64,000 nt of DNA, taken from positions 21,365 to 85,364 of the forward strand of contig JBHLRZ010000013.1 in assembly GCA_048882045.1 (NCBI GenBank), in the 5' to 3' direction. Shown here one piece after another: positions 48,484-57,142 of this stretch. The position numbers and the translations under genes are program-made. The stretch comes from Candidatus Thorarchaeota archaeon (GTDB lineage Archaea; Asgardarchaeota; Thorarchaeia; Thorarchaeales; Thorarchaeaceae). Numbering within the stretch: position 1 is the stretch's first letter; each line of letters begins with the position of its first letter. The notes under the pieces were generated by a model. That model did no database searches. It saw only the letters and a program-made list of their open reading frames with translations, and was not told the DNA's origin.

Positions 48484-49344
48484 ATGAGAGCGCCAGAGCT
48501 CAAAAAAACAATATTGAGGATGGCTGGGAAGAGGGAGTTCTATGGATATGAGATGCACAAGAAGCTTGAGGAAAATAAAATCAATATAGGAATTGGCAGA
48601 CTCTACTCAATTCTAGGAGAGATGAAAAACGAAGGATACCTAGAGGACCGTTGGGCGAAAAGCGATAGCGGACCAAAACGTCGTATCTACCAAATTAGGA
48701 AAAAGGGCGAAGAAGCTCGTGAGCGTATTTTAATGGAATCAATCAAAACTGTTCATGAATTCTACACTGAATACCTTATGGATCTCCCACCTGCACTTAG
48801 TGTGTTTAACACCATCAGTGATTTGCTGACGAAAAAATTGCCTAAAAATGCGAATGTTGGATACGCAGCTGATAGATTTTCAGGGCCAGCTAAAAAACTG
48901 ACAGAGAGTCTTCGAAAGAGATTCGATGGGAATTTCTACACTATTCAACCGCGTGAGAACGGGATTGATCTGGAAATTGATGACGTTTTAAATCTGAACG
49001 GAACTCTAGAAGATATTCCTGTGAAGGACGGTTATCTAGATCTTCTTGTATTGAATGGAAATATCAAGAGTGATTGTTTGAATTCTTGCCTTAACGAATG
49101 GAACAGAGTCGTTACTTTGAATGGGACAATGGCTATTGTTAATCCTACTGCTGTTCTCGCAGATTACAGAGATCCTTTAGATATCGGCGAATTCATAGAG
49201 AAACGAGAACATCCAAGACTCGAACCAGTTGAATCATTAAATCTTGAGAGTCTTTCGGAGGAAATTAAGAAATACTTCCAGAAAGTCGTCATATCAAAAG
49301 TGGTGCACATTACTGTAATTCGTGGAACCAAACCAATAAAGTAA
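48484..49344 (+). CDS. PadR-family regulator fused to a methyltransferase-like domain
   Basis: GAGGTGA RBS; YGYE, G.LY..L..M..EG.L...W, GPKRR.Y; C-terminal EDIP..DG..DL...L.EWNRV...G pattern. Confidence 0.8.
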   Translation: MRAPELKKTILRMAGKREFYGYEMHKKLEENKINIGIGRLYSILGEMKNEGYLEDRWAKSDSGPKRRIYQIRKKGEEARERILMESIKTVHEFYTEYLMDLPPALSVFNTISDLLTKKLPKNANVGYAADRFSGPAKKLTESLRKRFDGNFYTIQPRENGIDLEIDDVLNLNGTLEDIPVKDGYLDLLVLNGNIKSDCLNSCLNEWNRVVTLNGTMAIVNPTAVLADYRDPLDIGEFIEKREHPRLEPVESLNLESLSEEIKKYFQKVVISKVVHITVIRGTKPIK

Positions 49345-49464
49345 CCAGAAGAATCACTATATCAATTTGGAACTATACATATTTCTCGATAGCTGCTTAT
49401 ATTGAATCGATTCATTACACCCTAGAAGAGAATCAGGTCGATTGATCAGATTTCTCTTGGCTAG

Positions 49465-49527
49465 AAGAAAAGGAAGTGTAGTACACCTTTCTTTGAGGGA
49501 GTGGACTGACTCTGCTCCCTCTCACCA
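49465..49527 (+). repeat. 63-nt two-hairpin element, copy 1
   Basis: aagaaaaggaagtgtagtacacctttctttgagggagtggactgactctgctccctctcacca; direct repeat of 50883-50945. Confidence 0.88.
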
Positions 49528-49681
49528 AATTCTCATTTTGTCAAAACTAAGCACTTTCGTCCTTCTATATTCAAATGAGTACTATAGCTTGTTCACGATA
49601 GTATCTTAATACCATTTTTTGCGTTCCAAAAGTCCACTGCGGAAATATTATCGCACTGGTTGAGTGAGGATTGAATATTCA

Positions 49682-50791
49682 ATGAATAAGAAACTATCAA
49701 GTATGATACTAGTGATTGGGTTTGTCGTCACTATAATGTTTGCATCTCAGAATGTGATTGCACTCCCTGATGGAATTACCTTAGCACCTACCAGCACGAG
49801 CAACACCATCACTATAGATGGGCAGATGATAGAATCAGATTGGGACAACGCAGACATTCTCATTGTTCCAAGTATTCATGATTCTGGAATAAACGTAGTG
49901 TTGCGTTCACTTATTGATGATTCCTACATCTACATTTTTGCTGCATGGAATGATAGTACGAAGGATGACACTCGCAAAGCGTGGTCATATAATGGTACTC
50001 ATTGGGAAAATGTTGGAGGTAATGAAGATAGGATAGAATTGGTTTGGAGTTTGGGAGCAAATATTGTGTGTGGACACAATCCAGCCACTGCAGACACTAT
50101 GCTTTTTGATGTGTGGCACTGGAAAGCGTCTAGAACAGCTCCAGCAGGATGGGCTGATGACAAATATTGGGATGGTTCAGGTAGACAATCTGATGCAAAA
50201 ACTGCTGGAGGGTACTCTGATAATTCTGTTGTGATTCAAGCAGAGAACTCTTCAGTGATCACAACTGCACTGGGAAACAGTTCCAACGTTGTTGCGTTCA
50301 GTAATGATGATCGACCATTCTGGGACAACAGTGGCGCAGAAATTTCTTGGACTGCAGGTGTCAATGCCACACCTGTTGGCGATCTGATTAATGGTTACAA
50401 AACTGTTCTACCAACTGGTAGTCGTGGAGATGTACTTGCTGAGTCAGTTCATAATGGAACAGCGTGGAATGTTGAATTCAAACGAGCTCTAGACACAGGC
50501 AACGTCGATGATGATGTAGCATTTGGTGCTGGTTCAACAACACCATTCTATCTTGCTGTTCATAACAACTCAGGAGATGCAAATCACTTCGTTGCAGGTG
50601 GCTTTTCATCACCGACAACATTCCAGTTGAGTATACCCGCCGTAAGTACAACACCTACTACTACAACCACCAGTCCCCCAACTACTCCAACAACACCTGG
50701 CGCTGGTCTGGATCAGACTTTGATTATCGGAGCAGCAATCGCGGGGATACTAGTGGTATTGGTTATTGTTGTCTATGCGCGGCGAAGATAG
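49682..50791 (+). CDS. Surface-anchored DOMON/CBM9-like (ethylbenzene dehydrogenase gamma-like) protein with a Thr-rich linker and C-terminal TM
   Basis: Signal peptide; ITIDG...DW, W.DST, EDR, DVWHWKA.RT and W.VEFKRALDT; T/P-rich linker; TM followed by RRR. Confidence 0.75.
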   Translation: MNKKLSSMILVIGFVVTIMFASQNVIALPDGITLAPTSTSNTITIDGQMIESDWDNADILIVPSIHDSGINVVLRSLIDDSYIYIFAAWNDSTKDDTRKAWSYNGTHWENVGGNEDRIELVWSLGANIVCGHNPATADTMLFDVWHWKASRTAPAGWADDKYWDGSGRQSDAKTAGGYSDNSVVIQAENSSVITTALGNSSNVVAFSNDDRPFWDNSGAEISWTAGVNATPVGDLINGYKTVLPTGSRGDVLAESVHNGTAWNVEFKRALDTGNVDDDVAFGAGSTTPFYLAVHNNSGDANHFVAGGFSSPTTFQLSIPAVSTTPTTTTTSPPTTPTTPGAGLDQTLIIGAAIAGILVVLVIVVYARRR

Positions 50792-50882
50792 AAATGCACT
50801 GTTAACAATAGTTAAATGTATTATCGTGGAGATGTGTCATGTAGTCTATTTGTCCATTGTCGGTTCAAGAGGCTACAACTAT

Positions 50883-50945
50883 AAGAAAAGGTAGTGTAGT
50901 ACACCTTTCTTTGAGGAAGTAGACATTTTCTACTTCCTCTCACCA
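50883..50945 (+). repeat. 63-nt two-hairpin element, copy 2
   Basis: aagaaaaggtagtgtagtacacctttctttgaggaagtagacattttctacttcctctcacca. Confidence 0.88.
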
Positions 50946-50961
50946 TTTGTATTCTAAATGT

Positions 50962-53346
50962 CTAAGTCATGAGGCGTTCTCGGATGACTTTGTCGATTTC
51001 GATCGTTCGAAGTCTACGTGCCGCAGGCAATGATGCAAGTATTGCAGTAAAAACTGTGAGAGCTCCAATACTCAAGAACATCGCAATGTCAAAAGATGGT
51101 GCATAGAATGGAATGTAAGTTCTCATGAAGCCATTCAAAAGCCCTGTAAATAGCTGACCAATAGGAACTGCCAATATCATTCCAAACAGACTGACTATTA
51201 GGACTTCGACAAACAGGAGACGTGTGAGTGAATTCCTTGACCATCCAATTGCTTCAAGTTGAGCAAGTTCAGGAGTTCTCTCACTTGTGCTGATAGCCAC
51301 GATGTTCCAGACTACAGCGAGTAAAAGTGCCATGGCCATTCCAGCCATTCCTATAGCAATCATTTGCCCTTGGGACTCACTGATAACACCGGATGATGCC
51401 TGAGATTCAGTCATGGCATTTTCGACATCATCAAGTGAGAATATCTCATCAGCAACAAAGTCAGATTCACTTCCAGCAATGATCTTTACAAAGCACCCAC
51501 TAATCATCTCTTGACCAAGATATCTAATCCCCTCTTGGAAATCGATATAGAAAACATTCAGTGGAGAACTTACAACTCCAACAACTGTGAACTCGATACT
51601 GGAATTACCGAGAGTCAGGTTGACTACATCATTTTGTTGTATTCCGAACGAACTTGCGACCGTGACATCAACAAGGAGTTCATGGTCTCCTTGAATAGTT
51701 CGTCCAGATTCAATATTGAAGTTGTGCAAAGATCCTGTCGTGTTCAGACACAACAGACTTGAAAGCTGTTCTTCATCAGAGAAGGACACAATTGTTCCAA
51801 GTTTCAAATAGGGTTCGTATTGTTCAATTTGGCTGACAGAACTAAAGATAACTTCCACCTCAGTGGAATTCATTGGTTGCTTGAAATCAACTAGAAGGTC
51901 CCACAGCTCATATTGATCCATATAGTTTGCAATACTACTGTTATATCCTCCTACCATCGATGTCCCCATGAATGCAACACCTGCCCCCAATGAAATTCCA
52001 ATGATAAGCAGAGCTGCCCGAGTCTTGTTGAGGGACATACTCCTGACGACATACTTGAAACCATAACCAGAAAGCCCAATCCTACGTCCAATCTTCTCAA
52101 GAATAGTTTCCTCAACATAGCCCTTCTCCATCATCCAACCTCGAATCGCACGAATCGGTTCATAACTGGTGATTCTTCTTGTTGGAAGGTAAGAAGCAAG
52201 AAGTACAGAGAGAGGTCCAACGAAGAGGGCAATCAAGTAAACGATTGGGTCCAAAACAGCTGGTTGAGCTTCCATTGAATACATCGTTAGCATTGCACTA
52301 ATGAAACCTTGGCCACCTACTTCCCCAAGAGGTATTGCAATCAGTGTTGCGATCATTGCCCATATACCAAGCCATAGCAGGTAGGCACGTTGGATAGCTG
52401 TGTCAGAATAACCCAAGGATTTTGTGATTCCGATAGTCCGGGAATTAGACTGAATAATTCTACCCACAGTGGAGTACACAACAAATGAACTGATAGCAAA
52501 TATCAAACCTGAGAAAAGGACAATCGCGTCATCAGCAATTTCGAACCGTTGTAACTCTGCGCTTCTCAAATCGGATACATCAAGCGTTGTAACGATCGGG
52601 AATGGTTCGATTTCACTAAGAATCGATGCCTTGATTAATGTTTGATTATAGCCTTCTTCGAATCGGACAAGAATTTCATTCACTACATCCTTCTCACCGA
52701 CACCGGTATATGCAAAGTCTTGCAAAACGGATATGTCAATCCAAATAGGAGCAATAGTTGCAAACGTAGCTCGAGATGGAGCATGTATTAGTTGTTTAGG
52801 ATTTCGATGTGGAAAGAGATGTTCGAGAGAATTAACAATACCTACAATATCTGCATCGAAGTTGGTGCCAAAGACGGAAACCGTGAGATGTGAACCCAGA
52901 GTCAGGTCATGTGATGCAGCAAATGACCTCTCAATCAGCACACTCTTGTTGTCCGACGGATCTAGGTATGTTCCCTCTTCGACAATCAGTTTGAACACAT
53001 CTGGTGGCGAGTGTGGGTCAACACCATATATGTCAGCAGGATTATTATCTTGACCTAGGAAACTGATTTCTCCAAATAAGTGGTATCGACTTGCAAAGCT
53101 ATCGACACCATCAATGCTACCTATACCAGATATGTGATCCCGAGGAACAGAGTATGCCACTGCCATAAAGTCAGGAGATGCATATGTTTCATAGGTTGCA
53201 TCAATACTGACCCTCATGACTGGGAACATCGCAGAAAAAGCCACGAAACAAAATACGCCAATGAATACAAGAGTAAGACTGCTGAGTACTTTTCCTTTCT
53301 GGCTGAATATCTCTTTCCGCGTCTTACGAAGTAATGTACCAGCCAA
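50962..53346 (-). CDS. FtsX/MacB-like ABC permease (duplicated domains)
   Basis: Two extracytoplasmic plus TM modules; IG..KSLGYS and ERT.ELA.L.AIGWS motifs. Confidence 0.9.
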   Translation of the reverse strand: MAGTLLRKTRKEIFSQKGKVLSSLTLVFIGVFCFVAFSAMFPVMRVSIDATYETYASPDFMAVAYSVPRDHISGIGSIDGVDSFASRYHLFGEISFLGQDNNPADIYGVDPHSPPDVFKLIVEEGTYLDPSDNKSVLIERSFAASHDLTLGSHLTVSVFGTNFDADIVGIVNSLEHLFPHRNPKQLIHAPSRATFATIAPIWIDISVLQDFAYTGVGEKDVVNEILVRFEEGYNQTLIKASILSEIEPFPIVTTLDVSDLRSAELQRFEIADDAIVLFSGLIFAISSFVVYSTVGRIIQSNSRTIGITKSLGYSDTAIQRAYLLWLGIWAMIATLIAIPLGEVGGQGFISAMLTMYSMEAQPAVLDPIVYLIALFVGPLSVLLASYLPTRRITSYEPIRAIRGWMMEKGYVEETILEKIGRRIGLSGYGFKYVVRSMSLNKTRAALLIIGISLGAGVAFMGTSMVGGYNSSIANYMDQYELWDLLVDFKQPMNSTEVEVIFSSVSQIEQYEPYLKLGTIVSFSDEEQLSSLLCLNTTGSLHNFNIESGRTIQGDHELLVDVTVASSFGIQQNDVVNLTLGNSSIEFTVVGVVSSPLNVFYIDFQEGIRYLGQEMISGCFVKIIAGSESDFVADEIFSLDDVENAMTESQASSGVISESQGQMIAIGMAGMAMALLLAVVWNIVAISTSERTPELAQLEAIGWSRNSLTRLLFVEVLIVSLFGMILAVPIGQLFTGLLNGFMRTYIPFYAPSFDIAMFLSIGALTVFTAILASLPAARRLRTIEIDKVIRERLMT

Positions 53347-53348
53347 AG

Positions 53349-54056
53349 CTACTCCTCCTCAGAAGATCCCGATATGCCATAGACCTGTCCAGATCTTAGG
53401 AATATCGATCTGTCCGCAACTTTGGACACGGATGTCTGATGAGTGACTGCAATGATTGTGGTTCCTGTTTTCTGGTTCAGCTCTTTGAGTAAAGTCCAGA
53501 TAGCGTCCGAGGTTTCCGCATCGAGATTTCCAGTGGGTTCATCTAGAATAAGGATAGGAGGCTCTTTTGCTAGCCCCCTTGCAATGGCAACCCTCTGCTG
53601 CTCACCTCCAGACATCTGAGATGGATAATTATTGGCCTTGTCTAAGATTCCAACCAGCTCCAGATATTTCATAGAACGTTCACGGAGTTTGGTCTTGTCC
53701 TTGATGTCCATAGCTATTCCAATTTCGATGTTTTCCACAGCAGTGAGTGTGGAAAATAGATTATAGAATTGGAACACTAGACCGGTCTTTGTTCTTCTGA
53801 AGGAGGTTCGCTCGTCCCGGCTCATCCTAGAAACATCGATGCCAGAGATAATCACTCTTCCTGACGTGGGCACATCGAGAGCTGCTATCATGTTTAGGAG
53901 GGTTGTTTTTCCAGAACCAGACTGTCCGAGGATGGCAACAAACTCACCTTGCATTATCTCTAGAGTTACACCACGCAATGCATACACTCTCGTTTCTCCG
54001 AGAGGATATTCTTTTTTCAAATCTTCAACACGAACAAGTGAAGTTGAAGTTGTCAT
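53349..54056 (-). CDS. ABC ATP-binding protein (LolD/MacB type)
   Basis: GQSGSGKT, VFQFYNL, MSGGEQQRVAIAR, DEPTGNLD and VTH. Confidence 0.95.
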   Translation of the reverse strand: MTTSTSLVRVEDLKKEYPLGETRVYALRGVTLEIMQGEFVAILGQSGSGKTTLLNMIAALDVPTSGRVIISGIDVSRMSRDERTSFRRTKTGLVFQFYNLFSTLTAVENIEIGIAMDIKDKTKLRERSMKYLELVGILDKANNYPSQMSGGEQQRVAIARGLAKEPPILILDEPTGNLDAETSDAIWTLLKELNQKTGTTIIAVTHQTSVSKVADRSIFLRSGQVYGISGSSEEE

Positions 54057-54202
54057 GTTAACTGCACCACCCTGCAATGTGTGTTCAAATGCATATGAAC
54101 TCGAACACAAACGCATCCTGACGAGGATAGGGAAACTGTTTCTTTACGCTGAAGTAATAGTACATAAAGAACTGTTTACCTATTATCGAAGAGCGTGAGA
54201 GG

Positions 54203-54790
54203 ATGGATCTTACCAAGATTTCCAAAGCACTGTCAAACCCAACTAGAGTGAGGCTTCTAGATTATCTATTACAGAAGCGAATGGTGAATAAGGGGGACCT
54301 AATGCTGGAGATGAATCTTGAACGAGCTGCCTTGGACCATCATCTCAAACCGCTAATAGATGCAGGACTCGTAGAAACGATGGATGTAGTGATAGACCGG
54401 GTAAAAAACTGCCTCTGCTTTCCATTGTTCTCAGTCGAATTGGAGAAGAAGCAGGAGATAAACCCAGCAGTTGTACAAGAAGTTGTAGGGCAAGAAATAG
54501 AGAGTGACATTAACCATGATGAGATTCAAAACAAAGCCCAGAAGGAGGTCGAAAAGGGAAATCTGAACCAAGAAGATGCAGTTGCAATCGTTCGAACTCT
54601 GTTTGAACATAGAGGGCGGGGTACAAAGAATATGTGTTCAGTTTGTGGTAGAATAAAGAAGATGGCTAACCTCTCTCTATGTGACCATTGTTTTAGGCCC
54701 GTTTGTTCAAACTGTCATCGTGTGATTGAGAAGAATGATGAGAAGAAGGAACTACTTTGCGACAGATGTGTTTCCCAATTGTTTAGCTAA
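54203..54790 (+). CDS. ArsR-type wHTH fused to a C-terminal 8-Cys Zn finger
   Basis: KALSNPTR..LL..L and HHLK.L..AGLV; CSVC-x9-CDHCFRPVCSNC-x14-CDRC. Confidence 0.8.
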   Translation: MDLTKISKALSNPTRVRLLDYLLQKRMVNKGDLMLEMNLERAALDHHLKPLIDAGLVETMDVVIDRVKNCLCFPLFSVELEKKQEINPAVVQEVVGQEIESDINHDEIQNKAQKEVEKGNLNQEDAVAIVRTLFEHRGRGTKNMCSVCGRIKKMANLSLCDHCFRPVCSNCHRVIEKNDEKKELLCDRCVSQLFS

Positions 54791-54802
54791 ACTATAAAGA
54801 AA

Positions 54803-54826
54803 GTTGGAGGCCTATCTACCTCCAAC
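54803..54826. terminator. Hairpin between convergent genes
   Basis: gttggagg-cctatcta-cctccaac; the minus strand continues tttctttat. Confidence 0.55.
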
Positions 54827-54838
54827 ATTTAGAATGGA

Positions 54839-55642
54839 CTAAGGTTCAAAGATGCATGATGTGAAGCTTTCCAATACTATGGGAGTGCAATCAGAACAAG
54901 ATGCAATATCATCTCCGTATGAAAGAACGAATAGTTCAGCAGATACAAATGCCGAATGTATAGGGATGAAGTGATCTGGTTGGAGTTTATCAATTGCATC
55001 GACCACTTCCTCGTCTGTCATTGCCTGACATCCAGGACCTAATGGAAGGAGTGCGACATCAATCTGCCCTGCAATATCCTCGTATTCTGTAATGTTCTTG
55101 GAGTCACCTGCATGAAAGATTTTGAAACCATCGATGTCTATGATGTAACTCGTCCAATTGGCTTCAGATGGATGGCTAGCAAACCTCTCGCCATCAATCC
55201 AAATCTCAGTGTACATGTAGTATGCTGTGACAGTGATGGTTCCAACCTGAACCGTGTCACCCGGTTTCACACCAACACCAGAGTATATTGAAACTGCATC
55301 CGTCATATTGGCTGGAAACACGTTGATTGTTCCAGTCTTCTGAAGCATGTCAATCATCGTTGTGTTGTAGTGATCACCATGTGGGTGTGTCACAAGTACA
55401 GCATCTGCAGGCCCATCTGAATAATTAGCTGGAAGTTCATAAGGATCAATATAGATACGGAGTCCCTTAGCTTCAATCATGACTCCAGCATTTTCGAGCA
55501 ATTTTACTTTGATAGAATCGTCAGGGGGGAGGTTATTGGTATTGTTGTTGAGTAGTGAGAGCCCCACATATGCTGATGCACCTATGACAACTGTTGCAAT
55601 AGCAGCAAGAGCTATTGCTTGGGGTTTACTCGCTAGTTGCAT
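54839..55642 (-). CDS. Membrane-anchored metallo-beta-lactamase-fold hydrolase
   Basis: N-terminal TM; IYIDPY, THPHGDH, HAGDS and IPIH. Confidence 0.88.
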   Translation of the reverse strand: MQLASKPQAIALAAIATVVIGASAYVGLSLLNNNTNNLPPDDSIKVKLLENAGVMIEAKGLRIYIDPYELPANYSDGPADAVLVTHPHGDHYNTTMIDMLQKTGTINVFPANMTDAVSIYSGVGVKPGDTVQVGTITVTAYYMYTEIWIDGERFASHPSEANWTSYIIDIDGFKIFHAGDSKNITEYEDIAGQIDVALLPLGPGCQAMTDEEVVDAIDKLQPDHFIPIHSAFVSAELFVLSYGDDIASCSDCTPIVLESFTSCIFEP

Positions 55643-55759
55643 ATTTCAACGAGAAGCGCTGAGGGCATAATTAAGGGATAGGGTCAACGCAGGTATTGGG
55701 TGGAATGGTGTATCGCCAACCTTATGATGGAAAAGATGATTTCTAGATTTGTTGATATC

Positions 55760-56092
55760 ATGAACGCCAATGAAGCCTTTGCGCTTGGAAGACAGGAGAT
55801 GGCATCTGGCAGACTTGAGAAGGCAATACAGGCTTTTGAACAATCGACAACTCTTGCGCCATCTTCTTTCGACGCTTGGTGGGCCTTGGCAAGTACGTGT
55901 AATCTTTTTGGTACACAACTCGAAGGTGAAGGAGACTACAAACGAGCGAACATGTTCAAGATAAAGGCGGCATACTCATTTGACAGAGCCACTCGAGCAG
56001 ATTCAGCTGATTCAAGAGCCTCAAAGGCGAAAGCGTATGCAGAAACAATCAGGAGTGCTCAAGCCAAGAAGAAAGAGGCCGGTTATTTCTAA
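55760..56092 (+). CDS. Short TPR protein
   Basis: A..LG....SG..EKA..AFE....LAP...AW..LA. Confidence 0.72.
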   Translation: MNANEAFALGRQEMASGRLEKAIQAFEQSTTLAPSSFDAWWALASTCNLFGTQLEGEGDYKRANMFKIKAAYSFDRATRADSADSRASKAKAYAETIRSAQAKKKEAGYF

Positions 56093-56095
56093 GCA

Positions 56096-56950
56096 TCATT
56101 TCACATCTGGTGGACCAGCTCTGATCCTTTCACGTAGTTCTTCTATCTCAGCACGCATACCATTGATGTTTTCTAGGAACCAGGTAGCACCTATCTGTAT
56201 CCAGGGTTCTACTACCCCCCAATCCTTTTCCGAGTGAGTTCCTGTTGTATCACCACAGACGACAACGTCGTAGTCATTCAGATTCCCTCTCTCAGCAGTG
56301 ATGATTTCCAAGACATCCTTGAGATGTTCTGGAGTGACCGGTTCTGGCCATGCAGAATGGACAGGAGCAACTCCATCGAATTTAGCCGCTCTTCTGAAGG
56401 GAGACTTGTGTGGAATACCTCCACCAATCCATAATGGAATTCTTGGTTCTTGTTTGGGTTTAGGGAGGAACGCCATCTCCTTCAGTTGGTAGTGTTTTCC
56501 TTCATGTGAGAATAGTTTGCCTGACCATGCACTTGTGATAATGGCAAGCCCTTCTTCCAACATCTCAGCACGTGTTTTGGCATCACTTACTTCTCCAAAG
56601 TAATCAAACTCTACTTCTGGTGGAGCCCCGATTCCCAGACCTAGTATCAGCCTTCCATTTGAGAGATGGTCTATTGAAACAGCCTCCCTAGCTACTTTCC
56701 ATGGTCGTCTCCGAGGGATTGGAGTGATCAATGGACCCAGTTTCAGCTTCTCTGTGTTGCAAGCGATGGCTGCAAGAGCAATCCACGGGTCCACGAACGG
56801 GAGCACCATGTCCTCATGCTTGAAGACCATCATATGGTCCCATAGGAAGAATCCATCCCATCCAGCATCTTCGGTTTCAATGGCAATCTCGACTAGTGTA
56901 TTAATATCTCCAAACCACCCAAAGTTTGGAAGGTTTATTCCATATTTCAT
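56096..56950 (-). CDS. LLM-class flavin/F420-dependent oxidoreductase
   Basis: AGWDGFFLWDH, DPW..LAA, RRPW, D.LSNGRL.LG.G.G, P.P.Q.PRIP and RRAA..DG. Confidence 0.92.
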   Translation of the reverse strand: MKYGINLPNFGWFGDINTLVEIAIETEDAGWDGFFLWDHMMVFKHEDMVLPFVDPWIALAAIACNTEKLKLGPLITPIPRRRPWKVAREAVSIDHLSNGRLILGLGIGAPPEVEFDYFGEVSDAKTRAEMLEEGLAIITSAWSGKLFSHEGKHYQLKEMAFLPKPKQEPRIPLWIGGGIPHKSPFRRAAKFDGVAPVHSAWPEPVTPEHLKDVLEIITAERGNLNDYDVVVCGDTTGTHSEKDWGVVEPWIQIGATWFLENINGMRAEIEELRERIRAGPPDVK

Positions 56951-57142
56951 CTCTTAACCTCGAATACTGGCACTCACAATCAAACTCCAATTTGTAGACA
57001 TTGCTCGGAGTTCACGAGTGAATTGTCAAGAAGCCATTTGTTTTTTGATTTATATTCAGGGCAAGAGCAGTCGACAGCTTGGAGAAACCGGAAAGAGTTC
57101 AGGCATCTTGATTTATATCTAAGCATTGGTTCAGTTTGTAGG

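Noticed and set aside
49465-50945. The 63-nt repeats as tRNA genes or a CRISPR array
   Set aside because: No cloverleaf, T-loop or D-loop; only two copies 1.4 kb apart; no cas genes.
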